From positions 1,792,001-1,856,000 of the forward strand of contig OZ244732.1 of NCBI GenBank assembly GCA_965219345.1: DNA of 64,000 nt, written 5' to 3'. Source of the DNA: Nitrosopumilus sp. Its GTDB lineage: Archaea; Thermoproteota; Nitrososphaeria; Nitrososphaerales; Nitrosopumilaceae. This document shows positions 31,202 to 40,651 of the stretch, one piece after another (position 1 is the stretch's first letter; every line of letters begins with the position of its first letter). Both the position numbers and the translations under genes were made by a program. The notes beneath the pieces are model-generated. The model worked only from the letters and a program-made list of their open reading frames with translations. It was not told the origin of the DNA and ran no database searches.

Positions 31202-31330
31202 GGTTCTGGTAAATTCTGGTGATCTGCACCATAAATCATCAGATATAGTTCTTCTCCGAACTGCTCTTTGAAACCCTGGGATAACCAGTACCTAGTAACT
31301 TTCTTGAGATTATCTATCACAACCCTGCTG
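31202..31330 (-). mobile_element. Partial MITE-like element, copy C (inverted; single 36-bp unit)
   Basis: Reverse complement matches the right parts of the copies at 32737-32974 and 34829-35061; begins with TIR GGTTCTGGTAAATTCTGGTGATC. Confidence 0.8.
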
Positions 31331-31495
31331 TGATAACCCCCTTTGAGCCATCACATAAACTTGGCACAAAACTGCAAAGTGCAATTCAGAGAAGATCCAT
31401 ATTTCACTCAGATCACTGGAATTTGCCAGATCCTCCTAAAATTGAACACCCATTTTGATCGCTATTCTTTTATCCAGCTATGTAATCGTAGATTA

Positions 31496-32725
31496 TTGAA
31501 TTTTAGCAATAAACTGACAATTCCAGTCATTGTGGTTGCAGCATTGGTTCTGTTGGGGCTGGCAGCTTTGTCCATGACGAATTCTGGCAACATGACAGAA
31601 TATGCTGCAATTCCCAAAGACATTGTCACGGGCAACAACGACTTTGCAGTAGACTTTTACGGACAGGTATCGGGCAACGATGACAACATCTTCTTCTCAC
31701 CTACAAGCATGTACATAGCATTCTCCATGCTGTACGAGGGAGCGCGTGAAAATACGGCACGGCAGATTCAGCAGGTCTTCGGATTTGATCCCAACGAGGC
31801 CCTGCGTCACAACGCAACTGCGCACATAATGGCATCTGTCAATCAGGACGACCCGCATGTAACGCTTAACCTGGCAAATGCCATCTGGATTGCCAACTGG
31901 TTTGCCCCGTACGACTCATACACTGACATAATACGCAAGACGTATCTTGCCAAGGCCGAACGCGTCGGTTTTCCGGGCGATGGTGTAGATAAGATAAACG
32001 CGTGGGCATCTGAGAAAACGCACGGCAAGATAAAGAGGGTGTTAGCACCTAATGATGTAAGTGGCCTTACTGCGATGGTTCTGGCAAACGCCATATACTT
32101 CAAGGGAACTTGGGTGACGCAGTTCTCGGTAGAGGATACGCGCGAGTCGGACTTTTGGACAAGCAGTAACAGCATCAGGACTGACTTTATGAACATGCGT
32201 GGAACATTCAACTACACCGAAGGCGACGGCGTGCAGATCCTAAAGATGCCCTACAAGGGCGACAGGCTCTCCATGCTGGTGGTTCTTCCCTCGGAGAGGG
32301 ATGGCATAAGGGAGCTACAGAAGACGCTTTCATCAGAACTCATGCAGAAATGGCAACAGGGCCTAACGGAAAAGGAGGTGATAGTGTCGATTCCAAAGTT
32401 TGAGATGAATACACATTATGAGATTGGTGATTCTTTGTGGCATCTTGGAATGACAGATGTCTTTAAAGCAGAAACAGCAGACCTCTCAGGTATTGCAGAC
32501 GTATCAGCGAGAAACTTGTATGTCTCAAAGGCGATTCAGGACGCATACGTAAAGGTAAACGAGGAGGGAACAGAGGCCGCAGCTGTGACTACCATAGTGA
32601 TTCTGGCAGATAGCCTGCCACCCCCACCACCAAGATTTATCGCAGATCATCCATTCATCTTTGTCATACAGGACGATGAGAGCGGCATCATCCTGTTCAT
32701 GGGACGGGTGTCAGACCCGTCATAG
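31496..32725 (+). CDS. Secreted/membrane-anchored serpin, copy 1 (ORF track start 31343; TTG 31496 preferred)
   Basis: NIFFSPTS, NAIYFKGTW, IPKF, hinge EEGTEAAA, FIADHPF, LFMGRV; hydrophobic signal follows 31496; TTTTAT ~25 bp upstream. Confidence 0.95.
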   Translation: MNFSNKLTIPVIVVAALVLLGLAALSMTNSGNMTEYAAIPKDIVTGNNDFAVDFYGQVSGNDDNIFFSPTSMYIAFSMLYEGARENTARQIQQVFGFDPNEALRHNATAHIMASVNQDDPHVTLNLANAIWIANWFAPYDSYTDIIRKTYLAKAERVGFPGDGVDKINAWASEKTHGKIKRVLAPNDVSGLTAMVLANAIYFKGTWVTQFSVEDTRESDFWTSSNSIRTDFMNMRGTFNYTEGDGVQILKMPYKGDRLSMLVVLPSERDGIRELQKTLSSELMQKWQQGLTEKEVIVSIPKFEMNTHYEIGDSLWHLGMTDVFKAETADLSGIADVSARNLYVSKAIQDAYVKVNEEGTEAAAVTTIVILADSLPPPPPRFIADHPFIFVIQDDESGIILFMGRVSDPS

Positions 32726-32736
32726 ACGAGCCCATC

Positions 32737-32974
32737 GGTTCTGGTGAAAAACGGTGATCAGGACCACCAGAATTTAACAGCAGAGTTGTGATGGATAATT
32801 TCGAGAAAGTTACCAGGTACTGGTTATTCCAGGGTTTCAAAGAGCGGTTCGGAGAATAACTATGTCTGATGATTTATGGTGCCAAGGTGCAAGAACAACT
32901 GTGGCAGCAGGACTGTTCGGAGAAGAACTATGTCTGATGATTTATGGTGCAGATCACCAGAATTTATCAGAATC
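32737..32974 (+). mobile_element. MITE-like element, copy A (~238 bp) with 36-bp repeat/32-bp insert/36-bp repeat
   Basis: Ends GGTTCTGGTGAAAAACGGTGATC ... GATCACCAGAATTTATCAGAATC; no credible gene; homologous to copies B and C. Confidence 0.8.
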
Positions 32975-33248
32975 CTGATGCATGTATCGCATACGCAGAA
33001 CCACCGGCAGTGCTACGGTCCTCATTTTCATTGCAGTGGCTTCAATTATGATACTTCTGTACTCAAACGGCAATGCGGTACATGCATATGAAGATACAAG
33101 GATTACCTAGATCCACAAAAATGGCGGCCTGTCAATCACAGACTGAACAGATTGAATGGTACAAAGCCAATGGAGTAGTAGAGAATATGCACCACAATCC
33201 AAATTGTGCATGTACTTACACGAGCCACTAACTAATGGATGGGCCCGC

Positions 33249-34580
33249 CTATGACGGGTCTGACACCCTTCCCATGAACAGGATGATGCCGCTCTCATCG
33301 TCCTGTATGATAAAGATGAATGGATGGTCGGCGATAAATCTTGGTGGTGGGGGTGGCAGACTATCTTCCATAACCACTATGGTAGTCACAGCTGCGGCCT
33401 CTGTTCCCTCCTCGTTTACCTTTACGTATGCGTCCTGAGATGCCTTGTCAACGTACAGATTTCTGTCCGGTTCCACCTTTGCTATGCCAGTCAGGTTGGC
33501 ACCGCGTGGTTTAAAGGCGTCTTCCATACCCATGGCAATGAGTAACTCATTCAGTTTATAATTTACACGGGTCTCAAACTTTGGAACCGAGACTGTGACT
33601 TCCTGGTTTCTCAGGCCTGCCATCCATCGCTCTATCTGCCCTGCTGATAGAGTCTCTTCAAGCTGCCGTATCCCGTCTGCGTCGTGCGGCAGCAGGATCA
33701 GCATCGAGAGTCGGCCCCCGTCGTACGGCATCCTGAGCACCTGGACACCATCCATGCTGGAATAGTCAAACATGTTATGCACGTTCATAAAGTCTGTGCT
33801 TGTACTCTCAGCACCGTTACCGTAAAAGTCAGATTTCTTTGTGTCCTCTGCAGGAAACTGCGTCAGCCACGTTCCCTTGAAGTATATGGCGCTGTTGATC
33901 ACCATTGCGGTGTCCTTGTTGACATCTTTTTTTATGATTACTTTGTCAATCTTGCCCTGAGTGTTCTCTGATGCCCATTTGTTTATCCTCTTTATGCCGT
34001 CATTCTTATCCAGAAAATCTACCTTTTCCGCACTTGCAAGGTATGTGTTGCGTATTATGTCAGTGTATGAGTCGTACGGGGCAAACCAGTCGGCAATCCA
34101 GATGGCATTTGCCAGGTTAAGCGTTGCATGCGGGTCGTCCTGATTGACAGATGCCATTATGTGCGCAGTTGCGTTGTGACGCAGGGCCTCGTTGGGATCA
34201 AATCCGAAGACCTGCTGAATCTGCCGTGCCGTATTTTCACGCGCTCCCTCGTACAGCATGGAGAATGCCATGTACATGCTTGTAGGTGAGAAGAAGATGT
34301 TGTTGTCGTTGTCTGATATCTGCCTGTAAAAGTCTACTGCAAAGTCGTTGTTGCCCGTGACAATGTCTTTGGGAATTGCAGCATGTTCTGTCATGTTGCC
34401 AGAATTTGTCTTGATGTCTGAAACTGAAACAGCGGGGTCGTATAGAGTTGCCGCAGGCTCAGTCTGCGGGCTGTCAGTTGCAGAGTACGGCATGACCACC
34501 ATGGACAAAGCTGCCAGCCCCAACAGAACCAATGCTGCAACCACAATGGCTGGAATTGTCAGTTTATTGCTAAAATTCAA
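33249..34580 (-). CDS. Secreted/membrane-anchored serpin, copy 2 (ORF track start 34733; TTG 34580 preferred)
   Basis: Same serpin motifs as copy 1; extra 30-aa Pro/Ser/Thr-rich linker after the signal; RCL EEGTEAAAVTTIVVMEDS. Confidence 0.95.
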   Translation of the reverse strand: MNFSNKLTIPAIVVAALVLLGLAALSMVVMPYSATDSPQTEPAATLYDPAVSVSDIKTNSGNMTEHAAIPKDIVTGNNDFAVDFYRQISDNDNNIFFSPTSMYMAFSMLYEGARENTARQIQQVFGFDPNEALRHNATAHIMASVNQDDPHATLNLANAIWIADWFAPYDSYTDIIRNTYLASAEKVDFLDKNDGIKRINKWASENTQGKIDKVIIKKDVNKDTAMVINSAIYFKGTWLTQFPAEDTKKSDFYGNGAESTSTDFMNVHNMFDYSSMDGVQVLRMPYDGGRLSMLILLPHDADGIRQLEETLSAGQIERWMAGLRNQEVTVSVPKFETRVNYKLNELLIAMGMEDAFKPRGANLTGIAKVEPDRNLYVDKASQDAYVKVNEEGTEAAAVTTIVVMEDSLPPPPPRFIADHPFIFIIQDDESGIILFMGRVSDPS

Positions 34581-34828
34581 TAATCTACGATTACATAGCC
34601 GGATAAAAGAATAGCGATCAAAATGAGTGTTCAATTTTAGGAGGATCTGGCAAATTCTGGTGATCTGAGTGAAATATGGATCTTCTCTGAATTGCACTTT
34701 GCAGTTTTGTGCCAAGTTTATGTGATGGCTCAAAGGGAGTTATCACAGCAGGCCCTGCTGTTAAATTCTGGTGATCTCGCCCAATCTTCTGCCAAATCCC
34801 AATCCCGTTAGACAGTTGCACAGTCAGG

Positions 34829-35061
34829 GGTTCCGGTAAAAAATGGTGATCAGGACCGCCAGAATTTAACAGCAGGGTTGTGATGGATATTTCGAGAAAG
34901 TTACAGGTACTGGTTATCCCAGGATTTCAAAGAGCGGTTCGGGGAAGAACCATGTCTGATGATTTATTTTCTGAACGTTGGTATGATGCGGTTGCAGTAA
35001 ACTTTGGAGAAGAACCATGTCTGATGATTTATGGTATAAATCACCAGAATTTGCCGGAACC
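34829..35061 (+). mobile_element. MITE-like element, copy B (~233 bp) with repeat/29-bp insert/repeat
   Basis: Ends GGTTCCGGTAAAAAATGGTGATC ... ATCACCAGAATTTGCCGGAACC; body homologous to copy A. Confidence 0.8.
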
Positions 35062-35082
35062 GTATTTATGAATAAGAAATAA

Positions 35083-35410
35083 TTGCCTTCATTATTGAAT
35101 GACAAGCAGATCAGTTTAGAAATTCTACTTGATTGTCATAAGGCATCAAGAAATCAAACAACGGTTCCACGCCAAAAAGAGAATGAAAAATTAAAAGACA
35201 TGGATCAGAAAGATTATCATTTTAACTGTATGTGCCTAAAGGAGCATGATTTATTGCATGGCACTATTACCGCACACGGCCTGGTACCATTTGTGCAATT
35301 AGTGGAACAACCGGAACTGGAATGGATATTGTAGAGTCCTTTATTGATGAGTGCATAGAAAAAACCAAAGATAAGATTACTGGCAAAGCTGTTCATATTC
35401 AGATAAGATT
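35083..35410 (+). pseudogene. Probable frameshifted remnant of a small winged-helix-like protein
   Basis: ORF 35083-35334 continues, after a frame change near 35298, as ISGTTGTGMDIVESFIDECIEK in the 35322 frame; the end is uncertain. Confidence 0.35.
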
Positions 35411-35601
35411 CCCGACTTGCCAATATCCGGACTTCAAACTGAGTTGTGTCAACAAGTTGGGAATTACTATCGTCTCTAATTTCATAAAATGCCTATCTCC
35501 ATACGTGACACCGGACCCCGAATGTAACGGCACTGAAAACCCCAAGATGTACAGCGCAACACTAACCCCAAATGTCCCGGGTTTAGGACGCAAAAACGAC
35601 A

Positions 35602-35838
35602 TCACATGCCATACTTGAATGGCCTGGCCAGCCTGTACCGGCCGTCATTGGACCTTACAAAGTAGACTGGCTTTTTCTGCGGATTGCCCCTTCGGTATCT
35701 GGAAGGATACCTTGATGCGGCACTTGCAGAAATGCGGCACGCCTTTACCAGGTCATTTGGATAAAACGGCTCTTTTAGCTTCCTTGATTTTACCGCCCTG
35801 ACTATCTTGGCATATGTTGGGTGTGGGTTTTTTCTCAT
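35602..35838 (-). CDS. Small basic hypothetical protein (possible DNA-binding)
   Basis: 78-aa Lys/Arg-rich ORF with ATG start at the edge of the serpin island. Confidence 0.55.
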   Translation of the reverse strand: MRKNPHPTYAKIVRAVKSRKLKEPFYPNDLVKACRISASAASRYPSRYRRGNPQKKPVYFVRSNDGRYRLARPFKYGM

Positions 35839-36036
35839 GTCAAAGAATGGGTTTCTGCCTGTTTTTTAGTTTTTGTTTTAGTGTTTTGTTAACTCATCAG
35901 TCTCATCAAAAGTACTGACAGTTAACATGGAGAAGATACGCCCACAAAGTTACCAGTCCCAAATGATCAACAGACTTATAAGTAATGAATTAGAAAATGT
36001 TAAATATTATCATAAAAGGTTTTGGTGAATATAAGA

Positions 36037-36945
36037 ATGGTTAAGACAGTAAATGTGAAGGATAAATGCCCTAGATGTGGACAGGGTTCTTTAGTTACGG
36101 ATGCCAATACTGGTGAAAATTTTTGTGGAAAATGTGGATTTGTAATTACAGATAAAGTAGAAGAGTCTGGTCCTGAGTGGAGATCATTTTCAAATGAGGG
36201 TGAAAACAAAAGCAGAGCAGGAGTTCCAACTTCACTTGCAATGCATGATATGGGATTAGCAACTGTCATCAATCCTCAAAATAGAGACGCAACTGGAAAA
36301 CCACTTACTGCTTCTATGAAGAGTACTATTGAGAGATTAAGAACATGGGATAGCAGAAGCCAAGTTCACGAACCTGTAGATAGAAACTTTAGACAAGCAT
36401 TTAGTGAATTGGATAGATTAAAAGATAAGCTTGCAGTAGGGGACGCAGTTATTGAAAAAGCAGCTTATATTTATAGAAAAGCACTTGAAAAGGGACTTGT
36501 CAGAGGACGTTCTATTTCAGCATTGATTGCATCAGCACTATATGCAGCATGTAGAGATACAGAAACTCCTAGAACGTTAAAAGATATCGGACAGGCAAGT
36601 AATATTAAAAGAAAAGACATTGCTAGATGTTATCGTCTGTTATTAAGAGAATTGAATTTGAAAATGCCAGTGGTTGATCCAGTAAAATGTATTTCACGAA
36701 TTGCAAGTAAAGCTGGATTATCTGAAAAAACTAAAAGAAAAGCAACAAAAATTTTGCAGACGGCTGAAGAACTCAAAATTTCTGCAGGAAAAGATCCAAT
36801 GGGATTAGCAGCTGCTGCACTTTATGTTGCATGTGTAACAAATGGTGAAAATAAAACACAGCGAGATGTGGCTGAAGCAGCAGGAGTAACTGAGGTTACA
36901 ATCAGAAATAGATACAAAGGCTTGAAAGTAGCCTTAGATCTCTAA
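36037..36945 (+). CDS. tfb: Transcription initiation factor IIB
   Basis: CPRC..CGKC Zn ribbon, GPEWRSF, RGRS, GKDPMGLAAA, VTEVTIRNRYK. Confidence 0.97.
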   Translation: MVKTVNVKDKCPRCGQGSLVTDANTGENFCGKCGFVITDKVEESGPEWRSFSNEGENKSRAGVPTSLAMHDMGLATVINPQNRDATGKPLTASMKSTIERLRTWDSRSQVHEPVDRNFRQAFSELDRLKDKLAVGDAVIEKAAYIYRKALEKGLVRGRSISALIASALYAACRDTETPRTLKDIGQASNIKRKDIARCYRLLLRELNLKMPVVDPVKCISRIASKAGLSEKTKRKATKILQTAEELKISAGKDPMGLAAAALYVACVTNGENKTQRDVAEAAGVTEVTIRNRYKGLKVALDL

Positions 36946-37923
36946 ATCAGATACTTTTTTAGAATAAAATCTACTAACTAACAATATACAAATTGACAGA
37001 GAACCGGTAACCAAGAACAATAGTTCTAATGATGACATTAATGAATGAGAAAATGCATCCTCAATTGAAATTAAATTTAACTGAGAAATAAAACTTGCAT
37101 ATGAAAATATGAAATAATTTGTAGCCCAATGAATCAAAAGAGAAGCTACAAAACCATATCTGAGATATACCCATCCTAAAATAATTCCACTTGCTGCAGC
37201 TTGAACAAATTTACCTTCACTCCAAGGCTCACCTAAAGCAATATGTGCAAATCCAAAAACAACCCCAACAAAAACAATCAAGAAAATTGCTTTTTTAGAA
37301 TTATGAATATCTAAAGAACCTGGATTCCATAAACATTTGATAAAATATGTTATGGAAGATTTGTGAGAATAAAAAACAAATAATGGAACCCCAATTAAGA
37401 TTAAACGGAATCCAAATTCTTCTATCAATGGAGCAAGACTTACATAAAAAAATTGGATAAGATCATTATCAGCAATTGGAGGAATAGTCACAATATCAAA
37501 TTGCTCTTGAATGAAATTAATTAATATAGAAATTAAAACCAAAATAGAAAACCACTTTATTATACTAATCAGATAGTTTGAATTAGTGCCATATTTTCCA
37601 AAAGATATTATCGATGAAAGGGATTTCAAAAATCCATGTTTTGGTCCCAATATTGCAATTACAAAGATTATAAGATAAAAAGTCCACAAAATAACAAACA
37701 CATCACCAATGCTTACATCAATTGGAGCTTGATACATTCCCGTTCCAATAAAAAGTTCTAAATGAGTAAGAGGGTACTCATAATTAATGTCACCTCCAAT
37801 TTCACTTTCAAAAACAACAAAAATTCCAATTGGAAATGAAACAAGAAGCAAACCAAAAATTACAGATAACAATGCTGTGAAAGGAACTCCAAGAGCTTGA
37901 GGAATTTTATTTGAATTTTGCAA
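36934..37923 (-). CDS. CPBP (CAAX/Abi) family intramembrane metalloprotease
   Basis: APLIEEFGFR, FGFAH, IHWATN. Confidence 0.88.
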   Translation of the reverse strand: MQNSNKIPQALGVPFTALLSVIFGLLLVSFPIGIFVVFESEIGGDINYEYPLTHLELFIGTGMYQAPIDVSIGDVFVILWTFYLIIFVIAILGPKHGFLKSLSSIISFGKYGTNSNYLISIIKWFSILVLISILINFIQEQFDIVTIPPIADNDLIQFFYVSLAPLIEEFGFRLILIGVPLFVFYSHKSSITYFIKCLWNPGSLDIHNSKKAIFLIVFVGVVFGFAHIALGEPWSEGKFVQAAASGIILGWVYLRYGFVASLLIHWATNYFIFSYASFISQLNLISIEDAFSHSLMSSLELLFLVTGSLSICILLVSRFYSKKVSDLEI

Positions 37924-37929
37924 TTTGTT

Positions 37930-38238
37930 CTAATGTAGTTCTATACTATCTTCAGAAAATCCTAATCCAACCAAAGTATCTTTGATAGTATCTCTATGAT
38001 CACCTTGTAAGAAAATATATCCTTCTTTTGCAGTTCCGCCACAAGCATATTTATTTTTGAGATCTCTAGCAACGGATTCCAAATTATTTAGTTTCGGATC
38101 TAACCCTTCTATCATAGTACCCTTTTTTCTAAATCGTCTGGTTTCTAATCGAATTATAATTTTTGTACTATCTTTGGCAAGCTCACCACAAGCACACAAG
38201 TCATCTGGAAGACCACATGTATTACAAATTACTGCCAT
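37930..38238 (-). CDS. Translation initiation factor aIF-1 (SUI1 family)
   Basis: CNTCGLPDDLCAC, LKNKYACGGT, LQGDHR. Confidence 0.93.
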   Translation of the reverse strand: MAVICNTCGLPDDLCACGELAKDSTKIIIRLETRRFRKKGTMIEGLDPKLNNLESVARDLKNKYACGGTAKEGYIFLQGDHRDTIKDTLVGLGFSEDSIELH

Positions 38239-38342
38239 TCGTTCGAAATCAATTCAATTCTACGCACTATTAAGCCTTGTTTGGATGGTAGTTAGAAATT
38301 GAAAATAATCAAATTTTTTAGATAGAAAATTAAAGAAAGAAA

Positions 38343-38675
38343 GTGTCAAAAGACCTCACAAAAAAAGCTGCTGAGATGTTGCTAAAAGGTGCAACATTAC
38401 TTAGTGAACATTGCCCATATTGTAAGGGGGTGAGAGTCATGAAAGATGGACATGCATTATGTGTCAGTTGTGGGCGTGAACCTGAAAAAAAAGAGATTCT
38501 GAAAGAAAAACCCATACAAAGCACAAGATCACATTTGGAAGAAACTCTGGAAAAAAAGCTTGAATCCATATCAAAAGACCTTGAACAAGAAAATAACCAT
38601 GAAAAACAACAAGAGATTCTAAAATCGATCAATCTGTTATTGGAAACCATTGCAAAAATAAAGAATAGACAATAA
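38343..38675 (+). CDS. Autoantigen p27 (SSSCA1)-like Zn-ribbon protein
   Basis: AAEMLLKGATLLSEHCPYC...CVSC. Confidence 0.85.
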   Translation: MSKDLTKKAAEMLLKGATLLSEHCPYCKGVRVMKDGHALCVSCGREPEKKEILKEKPIQSTRSHLEETLEKKLESISKDLEQENNHEKQQEILKSINLLLETIAKIKNRQ

Positions 38676-38710
38676 GGTTTTTATGTTAAAATTTGGATTT
38701 CTGAATTGTT

Positions 38711-38875
38711 ATGAGCAGTAAGAAGGCAGCACCACTTCCAGCATCAAGTGGTGGCCTCATGAGATTCTTTGAGGATGAAACAAAGGGATTCAGAATAGAT
38801 CCAAAAATTGTAGTATCAATTCCTATCAGTTTAATTGTAGTTTCATGGTTGATTGATATATTTCTAGCCCCGTGA
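38711..38875 (+). CDS. Preprotein translocase subunit Sec61beta (54 aa)
   Basis: Manual translation MSSKKAAPLPASSGGLMRFFEDETKGFRIDPKIVV...; GGLMRFF and C-terminal TM are typical. Confidence 0.9.
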   Translation: MSSKKAAPLPASSGGLMRFFEDETKGFRIDPKIVVSIPISLIVVSWLIDIFLAP

Positions 38876-38882
38876 AAAGATA

Positions 38883-40622
38883 ATGGAAGAAACTCCAGAT
38901 GATGTTTCAAATATACACAATAGGTTTTCTCTTACTCTGATTAATCCATCCTCACATTATTTTTCCTTAGTTGCCTCATTAATTGTTGCGGCAGTGATTA
39001 CAGTTATAACGTATTTGTGGTATCTTAGTTCTGAAGATTTCTGGTTTAGAATTCCTCTTGTGATAATGGTTTTAGCAATCACACAATTATTAGACACTAG
39101 ATTTACAAAAAAGAAAGAATATTCTAAAGCGCTTCATGTGTCACTTTTTGCAAACTTGTTATGGGTAGCAACTCTGCTTATGGGATTATTAGCAAGTTTT
39201 GTCTTATCAAAAGAAGTATCATTATTTTTTGTAACATTTGGAATATTTTTGTTCGCAAGTATAAGAATCGGTATTTTTACAACTACTCTAGGACTTAGCA
39301 TCAAAAAGGCTTGGGCAATTTGTTTTGTACAGCCACTTGCAATGTTTCTAATATTAATTCCACAAGATATGTGGATTCCAATGCTTACAAACCCAATGTC
39401 ATTAGGATATGGAACAGCATTTTTGATCATTGCTAGTGTTTGGTCTGCATTAACAGATAAAGCTGGAAAACCAGGAATGAAAAGTACACATAAAACAATT
39501 CAAGCATATTTGGCTTCACAAAAAAATGACTTTACTGATGCAGAGGAGTTAATGGAGCAAAGATCAAGTAAGACAAAAGTGTCAACATCTCAAATCAGAC
39601 TGATATCATCTAATGGAAATACAGAATTTAGAATGGTTTTGCCAGAAATCCATCCGGGACCATATCACCCAGTAGGAGGCAGCAACATACCTTATCTCAT
39701 TTACAAAAATTTCAATTCATCAGCAATGGTATTACATAGTATCTCAGACCATGCACTAAACCTACCCTCAAAAAATGAAGTTGAGAATTATCTAAAAAAT
39801 CTAGAAAATAGTCAAATCCAAGAAGAGGGACTTGTTTGTACAGAACCCGTAATAGTTCAAATAAACAAAGCTAGGGTAACGGGGTTACTATTTGGAAAAA
39901 ATCCAGTATTATTTTTATCATTATCACCACATGGAATGGAAGACATCCCAAGTTACATGAAAACAGAAATTGAACAGTATGCAAAAAATCGAGGTTACAT
40001 AAGGACAATGATTATCGATAGTCACAATGCAATGGGTTCTGAAATTTCAAAAGAAGACGGGGAAGACATGCTAAAAGCAACAAAGTCTTGTTTAGATTCA
40101 CTAATAACAAAAGAAAATTATCCGATTGAATTCGGGTATGCAAATTCTGATAACATGGATGTTTGGACTGAAGATTTAGGAATGGGAGGTCTTGGAATAA
40201 TATGTCTAAAAATAAATAATAAAAAATACTTCATAGGTTGGGCCGATGCTAATAATATGGAAAATGGGGTAAGAGAAAAGATTGTAGAAAATTTTGCCAA
40301 AACAAACTATAATCTTTTAGAGATTTGTACATCTGATACCCATTATGCCCCAGTCAAAGCTAGAAACAGGAATGGGTATTATCAATTAGGTTTGATTACA
40401 GGTTCTGAAAAATTATCAAAATGGTTTTTGGGCATTGCCAAAAATGCTGAGCAAAAAACAACATCTGCAAAGTATGAAATTTTGGAAAACCAAACAGATG
40501 TAAAAATCATGGGGCAGGGAATATTTGAGGACTATTCGAGAGCACTTGACAACTCTTTGAAAATATCAAAAGTATTCATGATTGGTAGTGTCTGTCTTTT
40601 CATAACTAGTTTGTTTGTATAG
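38883..40622 (+). CDS. DUF2070-family membrane protein
   Basis: N-terminal TM bundle; IHPGP, IDSHN, DANNM, TSDTH motifs. Confidence 0.85.
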   Translation: MEETPDDVSNIHNRFSLTLINPSSHYFSLVASLIVAAVITVITYLWYLSSEDFWFRIPLVIMVLAITQLLDTRFTKKKEYSKALHVSLFANLLWVATLLMGLLASFVLSKEVSLFFVTFGIFLFASIRIGIFTTTLGLSIKKAWAICFVQPLAMFLILIPQDMWIPMLTNPMSLGYGTAFLIIASVWSALTDKAGKPGMKSTHKTIQAYLASQKNDFTDAEELMEQRSSKTKVSTSQIRLISSNGNTEFRMVLPEIHPGPYHPVGGSNIPYLIYKNFNSSAMVLHSISDHALNLPSKNEVENYLKNLENSQIQEEGLVCTEPVIVQINKARVTGLLFGKNPVLFLSLSPHGMEDIPSYMKTEIEQYAKNRGYIRTMIIDSHNAMGSEISKEDGEDMLKATKSCLDSLITKENYPIEFGYANSDNMDVWTEDLGMGGLGIICLKINNKKYFIGWADANNMENGVREKIVENFAKTNYNLLEICTSDTHYAPVKARNRNGYYQLGLITGSEKLSKWFLGIAKNAEQKTTSAKYEILENQTDVKIMGQGIFEDYSRALDNSLKISKVFMIGSVCLFITSLFV

Positions 40623-40625
40623 TCT
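40599..40625. repeat. 27-bp direct repeat, left copy (TTCATAACTAGTTTGTTTGTATAGTCT)
   Basis: Identical to 41690-41716. Confidence 0.95.
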
Positions 40626-40651
40626 AAAATTTTTGAATATATTTGCCATTT

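Noticed and set aside
31343-31495. 51-aa N-terminal extension of the serpin ORFs (also 34581-34733)
   Set aside because: Runs through IS-end-like and promoter sequence; the signal peptide and TATA spacing favour the downstream TTG.
32876-33298. Short ORFs between the serpins (and 34880-35105)
   Set aside because: They overlap MITE sequence or spacer DNA and show no recognisable protein features.
31191-35510. ATACGTGACA at 31191 and 35501 as a TSD of the serpin island
   Set aside because: The second copy is ~440 bp beyond the element end; likely chance.
38686-38910. 74-aa minus-strand ORF
   Set aside because: Antisense shadow of Sec61beta.
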